Assembly (NCBI GenBank): GCA_044226145.1
Contig: JBGAHN010000003.1
Coordinates: 22,536-86,535, forward strand
Direction of reading: 5' to 3'
Length of the DNA stretch: 64,000 nucleotides
Source: Labilithrix sp.
GTDB lineage: Bacteria; Myxococcota_A; Polyangia; Polyangiales; Polyangiaceae
The notes beneath the pieces were generated by a model. The model did no database searches. It was given only the letters and a program-made list of their open reading frames with translations, and was not told where the DNA came from. The number at the start of each line of letters is the position of its first letter. The first letter of the stretch is position 1. Position numbers and translations under genes: made by a program. Positions 17,777 to 27,427 of the stretch are shown piece after piece.

Positions 17777-18303
17777 TGCGCGCACGCCTCGCCGTGGCCT
17801 GCCTCGCGCTCGGAGCCGCGTCGTTCGGCGCGCTCGGATGCGGAAAGCCCTTCGTCGTCGAATCCGCGCCGGGCTTCGTCGTCTTGAAGGATCAAGCGTC
17901 GTACGAATGGCGCGCGACCACGACCGAAGGTGTCGTCGTCGGCGTGCGCGTGGTCGACGACGAGGATCGCGGCGATCTCGGCTTCTGGACGAGCGCGGTG
18001 ACGGGTCAGCTCCGCGACGTCTCCGGCTACGCGCTGCTCGAGTCGTCGGACATCGTGTCGCGCGACGGCACGAAGGGGCGCCTCTTGAAGTTCGGCCACG
18101 ACGAAGGCGAGAACAAGCCGTACGCCTACTGGCTCGCGCTCTACCTCGCGCAGGGACGCATCTTCCTCGTCGACGCGGGCGGCGAAAAAGAGGCGTTCGA
18201 GCGGGCGCGACCGAACGTCGAATGGACGCTCGCCTCGGTGCGCGTCCAATGCCCGGGGTTCTTGTCGCCGGTGTTCTCGTCGCGCACTTGCCATCGGTGG
18301 TGA
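17773..18303 (+). CDS. Putative lipoprotein
   Basis: ATGA overlap with the DUF4349 gene; signal peptide ending ALGC. Confidence 0.75.
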   Translation: MMRARLAVACLALGAASFGALGCGKPFVVESAPGFVVLKDQASYEWRATTTEGVVVGVRVVDDEDRGDLGFWTSAVTGQLRDVSGYALLESSDIVSRDGTKGRLLKFGHDEGENKPYAYWLALYLAQGRIFLVDAGGEKEAFERARPNVEWTLASVRVQCPGFLSPVFSSRTCHRW

Positions 18304-18333
18304 CGTGACGAACGAGCCGCGCGTCGCACCTCG

Positions 18334-20070
18334 CTACGTGCCGTTCGGCCCCTTCGCCTTCACCGCCAGGATGCGCGCGGCCTCCCGAAGGACGTGGTTT
18401 TCGGGGTTTTGCGTGGCGAGCTCGGCGTAAAGCTCGGCGGCCGACGCGTACGAACCTTCGGCGGCCTTGTCGAGGGCGACGCGCGACGGCGTTTTGCGAG
18501 CGCCGGGGCCGGCCGATGCGCGAGGGGATGGTGAGGGCGACGCGGAAGGGGCCGCGACCGGCATCGGGGGTGCGCTCGACACGGTCGCGACGACGGCCAT
18601 CGGCGACGGCGTGACTTGGGCCGATGCCATCGAAGTGCTCGGAAGGGTCGCCGACGGCGCCGCCGATGATGGCGATGGAACCGACGACGGCGAGGGCGGC
18701 GGAGAGACGGACGCGGACGACGGCGAGGGCGGCGGAGAGACGGACGCGAGCGAGGAGGCGTCCGCTCTCGATTGCAGGCACAAGAGAAGAACGGCGAGCG
18801 TGGTCGGAAGGACGAGGGCGACCGTCAGCTTGCGAACCGGCGACGCATGCTTCCAAGCCACGACGACGCGCTCGAGATGCGGCGATCGAAGGGAAACGGC
18901 AGGCGATGAAGCGGACTTTCGGTCGGTCGTCGTGGCATTTCGTTCGACCATGGGAGCGGCCATCGTCGCGGGAGCGGGGGAGCCATCGTAGGCGCTGACG
19001 CAAGCGTTGGCGGCAGGGCGATGCCAGCCAGAGCCCGCGGTACCCACGACGGAACGCGCCGAAATCCACTCCATCGACGGGGGAACGACGACCCGCGATG
19101 GCGCTCCGACATCGCCACCCCGGACCGGCTCGTGAGGCATGACGGGGGCTCGTCGTGGATCGCCGACGGACGGCTCGATGCGGGACGGCGGCATCGACGG
19201 CGAAGCGACGTGCGCCGGCCGCGAGGGCGCCGGGCGCATCGACATGGGACGCATCGAAACGGGAGGCGACAACGCCGGCGGCGCCGATCGAGACGCCATG
19301 GTTCGTGGAGGCATCGACGGCGACGCCATGCTCATCGGCGCGACCCTCGAGGGCGGCGACGCCATGCGCGGCGGCGATGGCGGTGGCGGTGGCGGAGACT
19401 CGGGCGGCGGAGAGAGGGACGCCGTCGGGAACGTAGGTGGCCGCGGAGGCGAGGCCGGAGCACCGCCATCCGCGCGGGACGACGCGTCGATCGCCGGAAT
19501 CACCATCGTGCGGTACGGATCGAACGGCTTCGGCGAGGGAACGTCGGGCTTGGGCGACGTCATCTCCGACACTGGTCTCCGAATCGCCGCCGCACGCGCC
19601 GACGTCTCCGATGCGGACGGGCCGAGCGGAGGAGGAACCTCCGTGGTTGCGTCCCCCACCGAGGGGACGTTCGCGCGCTCGCTCACGAGGGCCGCGAGGA
19701 GCTCGTCCGTCGAATCGGCGACCATCGTCGATCCCTCGTTCGCCGCCTTCTCTGCGCCCGAAGCCCGCGGAATCAGCGAAATCCGTGCGCCGCCGAACGC
19801 GAGGTGCGCGAACGTCGTCACCCGCATCCACGCGTCGTCGAGAGGCCGGCCGTTGAGCCACGCGCGGTGCGGCACCGAAGAGCGCACGAGCAGCGACGCG
19901 CCGTCGTGCATGACCACGACGTGAACGGGGGCGACGTCGGCCGCGCGAACGCGCCAAGTGCCGTTCGTCCCCACGGTGAACGGGATCTTCGCGTAGGCGG
20001 AATAGAGCACCTGCTCGGTTTCGTCGCTCGCTCCGTCGACGAGGCGAAGAACGAAGTCACTCGGCGGCAT
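18334..20070 (-). CDS. Degenerate FHA-domain protein with long Pro/Ser-rich linker, one TM helix and a short helical C-terminus
   Basis: N-terminal FHA-like fold (FTVGTNG..APVHVVV..AWLNG), Pro-rich repeats, TM LTVALVLPTTLAVLLLCL; start overlaps cpaF2 stop by 14 nt. Confidence 0.75.
   Translation of the reverse strand: MPPSDFVLRLVDGASDETEQVLYSAYAKIPFTVGTNGTWRVRAADVAPVHVVVMHDGASLLVRSSVPHRAWLNGRPLDDAWMRVTTFAHLAFGGARISLIPRASGAEKAANEGSTMVADSTDELLAALVSERANVPSVGDATTEVPPPLGPSASETSARAAAIRRPVSEMTSPKPDVPSPKPFDPYRTMVIPAIDASSRADGGAPASPPRPPTFPTASLSPPPESPPPPPPSPPRMASPPSRVAPMSMASPSMPPRTMASRSAPPALSPPVSMRPMSMRPAPSRPAHVASPSMPPSRIEPSVGDPRRAPVMPHEPVRGGDVGAPSRVVVPPSMEWISARSVVGTAGSGWHRPAANACVSAYDGSPAPATMAAPMVERNATTTDRKSASSPAVSLRSPHLERVVVAWKHASPVRKLTVALVLPTTLAVLLLCLQSRADASSLASVSPPPSPSSASVSPPPSPSSVPSPSSAAPSATLPSTSMASAQVTPSPMAVVATVSSAPPMPVAAPSASPSPSPRASAGPGARKTPSRVALDKAAEGSYASAAELYAELATQNPENHVLREAARILAVKAKGPNGT
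18683..18748. repeat. Perfect 33-bp tandem repeat x2 within the Pro/Ser-rich linker
   Basis: gacgacggcgagggcggcggagagacggacgcg at 18683-18715 and 18716-18748. Confidence 0.9.
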
Positions 20071-21178
20071 GATCCACGCCCTTTCGAAGCATCGCGTCGG
20101 GGAGACGCTCACCGTGCTCTTCCACCTGCTCTTTGCAGGCCGGGACGATGCCCGTCGGGACCAGGCGGCTCACGATGCGACGGTCCTTCGTGACGCCGCC
20201 GTAGCGACGCACGAACAAATCTTGGACGTCGTAGCGCTGCGCCGCGACGTCGAAGCCGAGGACCTCGCTGATGTGCGTCACCTTGCGGCTCCCGTCTTGC
20301 AGGCGCGAGACCTGGACGATCACTTGGATGCCCGAACCAATCTGCGTCCGCATCGCGGCGAGCGGCATCCCGACGTCGCTCATCATCGCCATCGTCTCGA
20401 GTCGGGCGAGCGTGTCGCGCGGGTACGTCGCGTGCAGCGTCCCCATGCAACCGCCGTGACCGCTCGTCATGGCTTGCACGATGTCGAGCGCCTCGCCGCC
20501 GCGGATTTCTCCGACGACGATGCGGTCCGGGCGCATGCGCAGCGTCGCGCGGAACAAATCCCGGATCGTCACCGCATCGCGGCCCTTCGGATCGGCCGGG
20601 CGCGCCTCGAGCTGAACGACGTGCGGCTTTTGGAACTGCACTTCGCGCGAATCTTCGATGATCACGACGCGTTCGCCGTCGGGGATGAACCCGGAGAGGG
20701 CGTTGAGCATCGAGGTCTTGCCGCTGCCCGTCCCTCCCGCGACGACGATGTTGACCTTCGCCACCACGAACGCCCGGAGCGCCTCGGCCGCGTCGGACGT
20801 CATCGAATCGAACGACAAGAGGCGTTCGACCGTCAGCGTCTCCTTGAAGAACCGGCGAATGGCGACGTGCGGCCCGTCGGGAGCGACCGGCGGCAAAATG
20901 GCTTCGACGCGCGACCCGTCGGGCATGCGCCCCTCGAGAATGGGACGTTGTTCCGTGATGGGTTTTCCGACGTATTGCGAGAGGTTCCGCAGCGCCGCGA
21001 CGAGCGCTTCACGGCTGTCGAAGCGCGCGTCCGTCTTGGAGACGACGCCACGCTGCTCGATGTAGATCTGGTCAGGCCCGTTGATCATGATCTCGCTGAC
21101 GGACGCGTCATCCAAGAACGGACGAATGGGCGCGAAGAATCCGAGGATCGTTTTTTCGAAGATCGGGGTCGGAATCAC
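20057..21178 (-). CDS. cpaF: Tad/Flp pilus assembly ATPase CpaF/TadA, second copy (no FHA)
   Basis: EIMINGP, GGTGSGKT, IIEDSRE, LRMRPDRIVVGEIRGGEA, MTSGHGGCMGTLHA; GTGA overlap with upstream gene. Confidence 0.92.
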   Translation of the reverse strand: MIPTPIFEKTILGFFAPIRPFLDDASVSEIMINGPDQIYIEQRGVVSKTDARFDSREALVAALRNLSQYVGKPITEQRPILEGRMPDGSRVEAILPPVAPDGPHVAIRRFFKETLTVERLLSFDSMTSDAAEALRAFVVAKVNIVVAGGTGSGKTSMLNALSGFIPDGERVVIIEDSREVQFQKPHVVQLEARPADPKGRDAVTIRDLFRATLRMRPDRIVVGEIRGGEALDIVQAMTSGHGGCMGTLHATYPRDTLARLETMAMMSDVGMPLAAMRTQIGSGIQVIVQVSRLQDGSRKVTHISEVLGFDVAAQRYDVQDLFVRRYGGVTKDRRIVSRLVPTGIVPACKEQVEEHGERLPDAMLRKGVDHAAE

Positions 21179-21750
21179 GGCTTGCCTCCCAGGAGGTTGC
21201 CGCGCACCTCTTCGGCATAGGCACCGGCAGGGTCGGATTTCAGGTATTCTCGAAATTCGGCATTGGCCAATTTAGGATTCCCGCGATCGCGCTCGATCTG
21301 CGCGAGCACGTAGTGCGCATCGGCGAAATTCGGCTGCGCGAGGAGGATGTGTTTCAAGTCTCTGTACGCACCGTCCGCGTCTCCGAGGGCCCTTCGAAGG
21401 ACCGCGGCGGCGAACCGAATGTCCGGGTCGACCGGGTGCTTGCGGAGGAATTCGTCGGCGTACTCGAGCGCCGCCGGATACCGTCCGTCCGCGACGCACA
21501 CCGCGACGAGGCGTCGTGTGAGTTTACCGGCCTCGCCGCCGGAGCGGAGCGCCGCCACGAAGTACTGTTCGGCGCGGGTCATGTCACCGACCGCGGCGAA
21601 CGCCTCTCCGCGCGCCACGAGCTGCGCAGGCGTCGATTCGCGCCGCATCACCTCCAAGTCCCGCTTCAGCTTCGGTTGCGCCGGCGCGCAGCCCGCCGCG
21701 GTCGACATCGCCACCAACGCCACGACGAGCACCTTCGACCATCGTTCCAT
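21175..21750 (-). CDS. TPR-containing lipoprotein (TadD/pilotin-like)
   Basis: Signal peptide ending AAGC; TPR-like helices (GEAFAAVGDMTRAEQYF, AHYVLAQIERDRGN). Confidence 0.8.
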   Translation of the reverse strand: MERWSKVLVVALVAMSTAAGCAPAQPKLKRDLEVMRRESTPAQLVARGEAFAAVGDMTRAEQYFVAALRSGGEAGKLTRRLVAVCVADGRYPAALEYADEFLRKHPVDPDIRFAAAVLRRALGDADGAYRDLKHILLAQPNFADAHYVLAQIERDRGNPKLANAEFREYLKSDPAGAYAEEVRGNLLGGKP

Positions 21751-22607
21751 CACGGCTTCTCCGTTCGTTGGCTCTTGATCTGTCGCTCGACACCGCCGAG
21801 CCACGCGACGAACGGTCCTTGCTGGCCCTCGGTGAGGCGCGTGAGGGCGTCGACGTCGTTGCTGGCGAGCTCGAAGTCCTTCACGGCGAGCGAATGCTCG
21901 AGCCGCAAGCGGCGCGCGCGCAGCTCGAGGACGGTGGCTTCCCGAAGGTCCTTCGACGCGGCCTCGGCCTCGGTCGCGGCGGCTTCGTCGTGCGCGAGTC
22001 GGTAGCACGCGGCCGCGACGGTGTAGGCGTTGACGGCCTCGACGGCCTCGCGTGGGGAAAACGGGCTTCGTTCGCGCGCGGCGTCGGCGAACGTGCGTTG
22101 GTCCGCGCCGAGGACGCGGGCTTCGGCGGACTCGGTGCGCGGGCACGCCACGTCGCTCGTCGAGAACAGGTTCGGCAGCTCGAGCTCCTCGACGTCGAAG
22201 GTCCTCCTCTTCGACATCAAGAACAACGCGAGCACCGCCGGCACCGCGAGCACACACGCCACGCGCACGAGCATCGTGGACCGCGCCGTCCCTGGTTTCG
22301 CCGCGACGTCGCGCGGTGCGCGCGCGGCGTGGATCTGCGTGTCACCGATCTTCAAGAGCCCCCACTGCGGCACGACGCGGACCCCGAGGGGAACGCCGTC
22401 GAGCGCCGCAGGAGGAGCGGACGCGACACCTTGGAAGCGGACGCCGTCGGCGACCAGCTCGACGACCACGTGCTCGGCGGCGGCTTGGTCGACGGCGAGT
22501 CTCACGTCGCAGTGCGCGCCGGCTCCGACCGTGGCGCGGGAGGCCTGGACGACGAGCCGCTCGCGGCGGCCGTCCGGATGGCGAACTTCGAACCGAATTT
22601 CTTCCAC
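21750..22607 (-). CDS. Degenerate FHA-domain membrane protein
   Basis: GTG 22607 with SD GAGG; ATVGAGAHCDVRL..AAAEHVVV (FHA-like), TM LVRVACVLAVPAVLALFLM; stop overlaps the TPR gene start. Confidence 0.75.
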   Translation of the reverse strand: MEEIRFEVRHPDGRRERLVVQASRATVGAGAHCDVRLAVDQAAAEHVVVELVADGVRFQGVASAPPAALDGVPLGVRVVPQWGLLKIGDTQIHAARAPRDVAAKPGTARSTMLVRVACVLAVPAVLALFLMSKRRTFDVEELELPNLFSTSDVACPRTESAEARVLGADQRTFADAARERSPFSPREAVEAVNAYTVAAACYRLAHDEAAATEAEAASKDLREATVLELRARRLRLEHSLAVKDFELASNDVDALTRLTEGQQGPFVAWLGGVERQIKSQRTEKP

Positions 22608-22642
22608 GACGACACCTCGGAGACCGCGGTTGCGGCCTGTCC

Positions 22643-23542
22643 TCAAAGCCCCGTCTGCTTCAACGTGAGGATGATGGGGCCGACGATGAGGATCAGAATG
22701 GCGACGAACACGAGCAGAAGCGGCCCGATCATCGAGACCGCTGCCTTTGCAGCAGCCTCTTCGGCCCGAACGCTCCTTCGTTGCCTGGAAATTTCGGCTT
22801 GGATGCGGAGCACGTCGGCGAGCGGATTTCCCCGCAATTCCGCCTGGACGACGGCGCCGACGAACTCCTTCACCGGGTCGATGGGCGTCCGCTCGGCGAA
22901 CTCTTCGAGGGCTTGCCGTCGCGTGCGCCCGAGGTTGAGCGCGTGGAGCGTCAACGACAGCTCCTCGATGAGCGGATCGTCCGGCGTCCCCGTCTTCTCG
23001 AGGACCTGCTTGACCGCGCCCGGGAAGTCGAGCCCTGCGCCCATGCCGAGCGCGATGTGGTCGATGGCGTTCGGTAGCCGTCGCCCGATGGCCTTCGCGC
23101 GCTCGGCGACCTCGCCCGATAGCCACAGGTACGGTGCGAAGCCGCCGAAGCACCCGACCCCCATCACCACGAACGGTCCCATCTTCGCGAGCGGGCCCCA
23201 AGCGGCGCCAAGGCCGAACGCCAGGGCTCCGCAGAGCACGCTCAAGAAGACGAACTCTTCGGGGAGGAGGCCGAGGATGCCTCCCGCCATGCCGATTTGC
23301 CGGTCGAGGGACGCGTGGAACTTCGCGGAGAGGAACGGGCCGACGCGCACCCCTCCCCAACGCACGATCGGCTCCACCTGGACCCAACCACCTTGGCCGG
23401 CGAGCGCTCGCTGGCGCTTGAGGCCTCGAAGTCCGGTTCGTCCGGCCTCGCGCGTCGGCGCCGCGGCGGCGGCATACCCGAGGAGAAGAAGACCCAAGAA
23501 CAGGGCCACGCACGCCGTCGTTTTGAGGAGATCGAATTTCAT
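22643..23542 (-). CDS. tadC: Tad pilus inner-membrane platform protein TadC (T2SS F family)
   Basis: LPNAIDHIALGMGAGL, LGRTRRQALEEFAER, QAELRGNPLADVLR, AEEAAAKAAVSMIGPL. Confidence 0.9.
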   Translation of the reverse strand: MKFDLLKTTACVALFLGLLLLGYAAAAAPTREAGRTGLRGLKRQRALAGQGGWVQVEPIVRWGGVRVGPFLSAKFHASLDRQIGMAGGILGLLPEEFVFLSVLCGALAFGLGAAWGPLAKMGPFVVMGVGCFGGFAPYLWLSGEVAERAKAIGRRLPNAIDHIALGMGAGLDFPGAVKQVLEKTGTPDDPLIEELSLTLHALNLGRTRRQALEEFAERTPIDPVKEFVGAVVQAELRGNPLADVLRIQAEISRQRRSVRAEEAAAKAAVSMIGPLLLVFVAILILIVGPIILTLKQTGL

Positions 23543-24405
23543 ATGTCCACCGTGAGGATTTTTCTCGCGAGGAGCAGCGCGGCGAGCCACAAGGTGACGG
23601 CCACACCAATGGCTATTTGTCCGTAAATCGATTGTTGGAGCGGCTCGAAATAGCCAGGTTTGACCGCGTTGAAGGCCCACGCCGCGCCGGCGGGGAAGAG
23701 CGCCAGAACCCAGAGCTGCGCGCGCCCCTCCCCCGTTTTGCTGCGGACGACGCCGAACAAGCGGTTCATCTCGCGGATCGTCCCGGCCGTTCGCTCGAGC
23801 GTGAATGGCAAATTTCCACCGACACGAAGGCCGATGAGGACCGCCGAGAACGCCACGTCGACGGACTTGCTCCCGAGGCGCGACGACATCGCCACGAGCG
23901 CCTGCTCGAGCGTGCTGCCGACGCGCATCTCACTCAGGACCTGTTCGATCTCCTGCCGCATCGGCTGACGGAGCACCACGGTCGTGGCTTCGAGCGCGGC
24001 GCCGGGGCTCGGGACCGTTTTGAGGGAGTTCGCGAGCGAGACGATGAACCCGTCGATCTGATCTTCGATGAGCGCAATATGCTTTTTTCGCGCCCTCGCG
24101 AGACCAACCGCCGGCGCGAACACCGCGACGAGGATCCCCAGCGGCCAGTGACGAACGCCGATCGTGAGTTGCGCGAGGACGACGCCGAAAGCAGCGAGCA
24201 CCTGTCCCGTCACGATGCGTTTGCCGTTCTCGGGCAAGAACAACGCGCGAAGCGACCGATCGAGGTACGTGACGTACCGCGACAGGAGCCGCGTCGCGAC
24301 CGAACCAGGCATCGCGAACGCGAAGGCCAAAAAACCCGCGCCGAAGGCGACGAGCGCGAGGGCCACGATTTTCGTCCCACCGAGGGTCAGCGCCGGCAAG
24401 TTCAA
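23539..24405 (-). CDS. tadB: Tad pilus inner-membrane platform protein TadB
   Basis: Follows cpaF; SLANSLK, EMRVGSTLEQAL, GGNLPFTLERTAGTIRE, TGEGRAQLWVL. Confidence 0.88.
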   Translation of the reverse strand: MNLPALTLGGTKIVALALVAFGAGFLAFAFAMPGSVATRLLSRYVTYLDRSLRALFLPENGKRIVTGQVLAAFGVVLAQLTIGVRHWPLGILVAVFAPAVGLARARKKHIALIEDQIDGFIVSLANSLKTVPSPGAALEATTVVLRQPMRQEIEQVLSEMRVGSTLEQALVAMSSRLGSKSVDVAFSAVLIGLRVGGNLPFTLERTAGTIREMNRLFGVVRSKTGEGRAQLWVLALFPAGAAWAFNAVKPGYFEPLQQSIYGQIAIGVAVTLWLAALLLARKILTVDI

Positions 24406-26099
24406 AGGTAGTCCTCCCCTTCGCCGACGAGATCCATGACGACGAAGTCGTTGAGGTAGGTCGGCAAAAAGCCTGTCGCTCGAAACTCGCCGAGGACTTT
24501 GCCTTTCGGTCCGGTACCCGTTCGCACGTACTCGAAGATCGGGACGAGCTCGATTTCGCCATCGTCGCCGATACCGGTCACCTCGGTGATCGAGGTCACG
24601 CGGCGGCTACCGTCGGAGAGCCGCGATTGCTGAACGAAGAGCTGCACGCTGCCGGCGATTTGTTCGCGGATCGCGCGCACCGGCAAATCGAGCCCCGCCA
24701 TGAGCACCAGCGTCTCGAGCCTCGCGACGGCCTCTCGCGGCGAGTTGGCGTGCGTCGTCGTGAGCGAGCCGTCATGACCAGTGTTCATCGCCTGGAGCAT
24801 GTCGAGCGCTTCGCCGCCACGGCATTCGCCGACGACGATGCGGTCGGGGCGCATGCGGAGCGCGTTCTTCACGAGATCGCGAATCGTGTATTCGCCATTT
24901 CCCTCCATGTTGGGCGGCCGCGTCTCGAGCGAGACGACGTGCGGTTGCTTGAGCTGGAGCTCGGCGGCGTCTTCGATGGTGACGACGCGCTCTTCGGAGG
25001 GAATGGCCGCGGACAAGGCGTTGAGGAGCGTCGTCTTTCCGCTGCCGGTGCCGCCGGAAATGACGATGTTCTTCTTGGCGACGACGCTTCGCGTGAGGAA
25101 TTTCGCCATGCGATCGGTCATGGCGCCGAACTCGATGAGCTTGTCGATCGTGAGCGGCGACCGCGAGAACTTGCGAATGGTGATGGCCGATCCGCGGAGC
25201 GCCAGCGGCCTTATCACGGCGTTGACACGCGAGCCGTCCGCGAGGCGCGCATCGACGAGCGGGACGGACTCGTCGATGCGGCGGCCGAGGGGCGTGACGA
25301 TGCGTTCGATCGCCGCGCGGACGCGGTCGTCGTTCGTGAACTTCGCGTCGGCGCGCGTGAGCTTGCCGCGTTGCTCGACGTAGATCGTATTCGGGTCGAC
25401 GACCATGATCTCGTTGACGGTCGGATCCGAGAGGAAGCGCTCGAGGGGACCCAAGCCCAGCGCTTCGTCCGCGAGCGCGCCGACGAGCTCGTGGCGATCC
25501 ACGTGCGCGGGAATGCGATCCCCGAGGGCGTCGACGATGCATCGAAGAGCAGTGAGGACCTTCGAGCGGAGCGCCGCGTCGTTCGCCGCGCCGCCTTTGA
25601 TCGCCGAAAGATCGAGGTGTTCGAGCAACTTTTTGTGCACCTCGGACCGCAACGCGTTGTCCGCCGCGCGCGCGTCGTCGTCGCTTCCCGAGAAGACTTC
25701 GTTCGCGCTCGAGCTCCCTTCGACCGACGGCGTGACCTTCATGGCCTTTTCGCTCGACGCGGCCTTCGCACTCGCCGTTCCGGGAAGATCGACGACGATG
25801 GTGTATTCACCAATCTCGATCGGCGTCCCGAAAGGCACGTCGATCGATGTTTGCTTCACCGAATGAATCCCCACCCGCGTACCGTTCGTCGATGTGTCCT
25901 GGACGCGCAACGACGAGCCGCGAAGGTCCACGATCACGTGCTGACGAGACGCGAGATCGCTCTTGAGGACGACGTTGCACTGCGCGTCTCGCCCGATGGT
26001 GAGCACGCCCTGCGAGAGCGAGAGCTCGTACGTCCTCGTGCGGTCGTTCTTGGTCACCGAGACCGACGCGCGAACGGGAGCGAAGGCCGGCGCGTTCAC
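24402..26099 (-). CDS. cpaF: FHA-fused Tad pilus ATPase CpaF/TadA
   Basis: N-terminal FHA (TIGRDAQC..SRQH..STNGT); GGTGSGKT, TIEDAAEL, LRMRPDRIVVGECRGGEA, MNTGHDGSLTTTHA. Confidence 0.95.
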   Translation of the reverse strand: MNAPAFAPVRASVSVTKNDRTRTYELSLSQGVLTIGRDAQCNVVLKSDLASRQHVIVDLRGSSLRVQDTSTNGTRVGIHSVKQTSIDVPFGTPIEIGEYTIVVDLPGTASAKAASSEKAMKVTPSVEGSSSANEVFSGSDDDARAADNALRSEVHKKLLEHLDLSAIKGGAANDAALRSKVLTALRCIVDALGDRIPAHVDRHELVGALADEALGLGPLERFLSDPTVNEIMVVDPNTIYVEQRGKLTRADAKFTNDDRVRAAIERIVTPLGRRIDESVPLVDARLADGSRVNAVIRPLALRGSAITIRKFSRSPLTIDKLIEFGAMTDRMAKFLTRSVVAKKNIVISGGTGSGKTTLLNALSAAIPSEERVVTIEDAAELQLKQPHVVSLETRPPNMEGNGEYTIRDLVKNALRMRPDRIVVGECRGGEALDMLQAMNTGHDGSLTTTHANSPREAVARLETLVLMAGLDLPVRAIREQIAGSVQLFVQQSRLSDGSRRVTSITEVTGIGDDGEIELVPIFEYVRTGTGPKGKVLGEFRATGFLPTYLNDFVVMDLVGEGEDYL

Positions 26100-27427
26100 G
26101 GCGTCCCCATCGTCGGCTGGGTGCCGGGACGTTTGTCGTAGGCCCGCGCCGTTTTGATATTTCCGTCGAACTTTTCGAACCGCGCGATCGCGGCGTCGAC
26201 GAGCTCCGAGGCTGGTGTCGACACCGCCTGCACCACGCTCGGGACGACGAACACCGCCCCTTCCGTCTCGAGCTCTTGGTTCTGGTGCGAACCGAACAAA
26301 AGCCCCAGGACGGGGATATCGGACAAGAGCGGAAGTCCGGTGACCGAATGCGTCTGCGACTGCGTACGAATACCGGACAGAACGATGGATTGACCGAGCT
26401 TCAACGTGATGTTCGTCGTCAATTTCGACGTCGTGCGCCCCGGCAGCGCGGAGTTGCCCACGGCGGCCACGAGATCGCTCACGTCGGCGTCGAGGCGCAT
26501 GTCGATCTCGCGTTTGCTCGGGTTGTACCGCGGGAGCACGGTGACGTTCGTGCCGTAAGGAATGCGCTGCACGCCGATCGTGAGCCCCGTGTTGACGGTG
26601 AAGTTTTGCTCACCGCCATTGGCGAAATTCGCCTCGACGCCGTTGTTCGTCACGACCGTGGCCTGCTTCAAGACCTTCGCCCATCCTTTGCGCGACGCGA
26701 TGTCGAGACGCGGGAGCGGCTGGTTCGTGATGCTCGCCGTCGCCGCGCGGCTGCCCGCGACGAAATCGAACGCCAGCGAGCTTTGAACGACCGAATCGCC
26801 GCCGATCTGGCCGGGCCACCCGAGGCCCACGCCATAGCTCGAATTGCGGTCGTATTGAACGAAGTAGAAGTCGATGCGAACGATGAATTTGTTCTCGTCG
26901 AGCGAACCTCCGGCACCTCCCGGGAGCGTCACCAAGGACTCCACTTGATTGGGATAGAGCGAGGCGACTTGCTGGACGCGTTTGAGCTCGGGTTCGGTCG
27001 CGACGATACCGTCGATGATGATATGCGATCCAATCCTTCGAACGCGCACGCCCGGCGCGTTCTCGAGGAGCTGCGCGAGCTCCTTTTCGACGACCTGGGG
27101 AGAGCGCGCGAACACGTGGATGTTGAGCGTGACCTGCGTTCCGTCGTTCTTGATGAGGAGGAGGGTCGTCGACCCGGGTTTGCGACCGTTGACGACGAAT
27201 TGCGAATTGTCCGTCGTCAACCGGACGTCGACGATCCCGGCGGCGCCCTCGGAGAAGTTGCGGACGTCTTTCGCCGAAAGCGTCTTCGTCTCTCCGACGG
27301 CCATGGCGATGTCTTCTCCGCTTTCGGCGGCGACGCGTTCGTTCGGGGCGGCGCTCGACGTGGAAGGCGCGAGCGCGAGCAGAGCGGCGGTGAGGGGGAG
27401 CGCGAAGCGCAGACGGTGGGTATTCAT
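26096..27427 (-). CDS. cpaC: Tad secretin RcpA/CpaC (pilus N-terminal domain + BON-like + secretin)
   Basis: Signal peptide; MAVGETKTL..VNGRKPGSTTLL; C-terminal secretin pattern (LKLGQSIVLSG, GLPLLSDIPVLGLLFGS). Confidence 0.9.
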   Translation of the reverse strand: MNTHRLRFALPLTAALLALAPSTSSAAPNERVAAESGEDIAMAVGETKTLSAKDVRNFSEGAAGIVDVRLTTDNSQFVVNGRKPGSTTLLLIKNDGTQVTLNIHVFARSPQVVEKELAQLLENAPGVRVRRIGSHIIIDGIVATEPELKRVQQVASLYPNQVESLVTLPGGAGGSLDENKFIVRIDFYFVQYDRNSSYGVGLGWPGQIGGDSVVQSSLAFDFVAGSRAATASITNQPLPRLDIASRKGWAKVLKQATVVTNNGVEANFANGGEQNFTVNTGLTIGVQRIPYGTNVTVLPRYNPSKREIDMRLDADVSDLVAAVGNSALPGRTTSKLTTNITLKLGQSIVLSGIRTQSQTHSVTGLPLLSDIPVLGLLFGSHQNQELETEGAVFVVPSVVQAVSTPASELVDAAIARFEKFDGNIKTARAYDKRPGTQPTMGTP

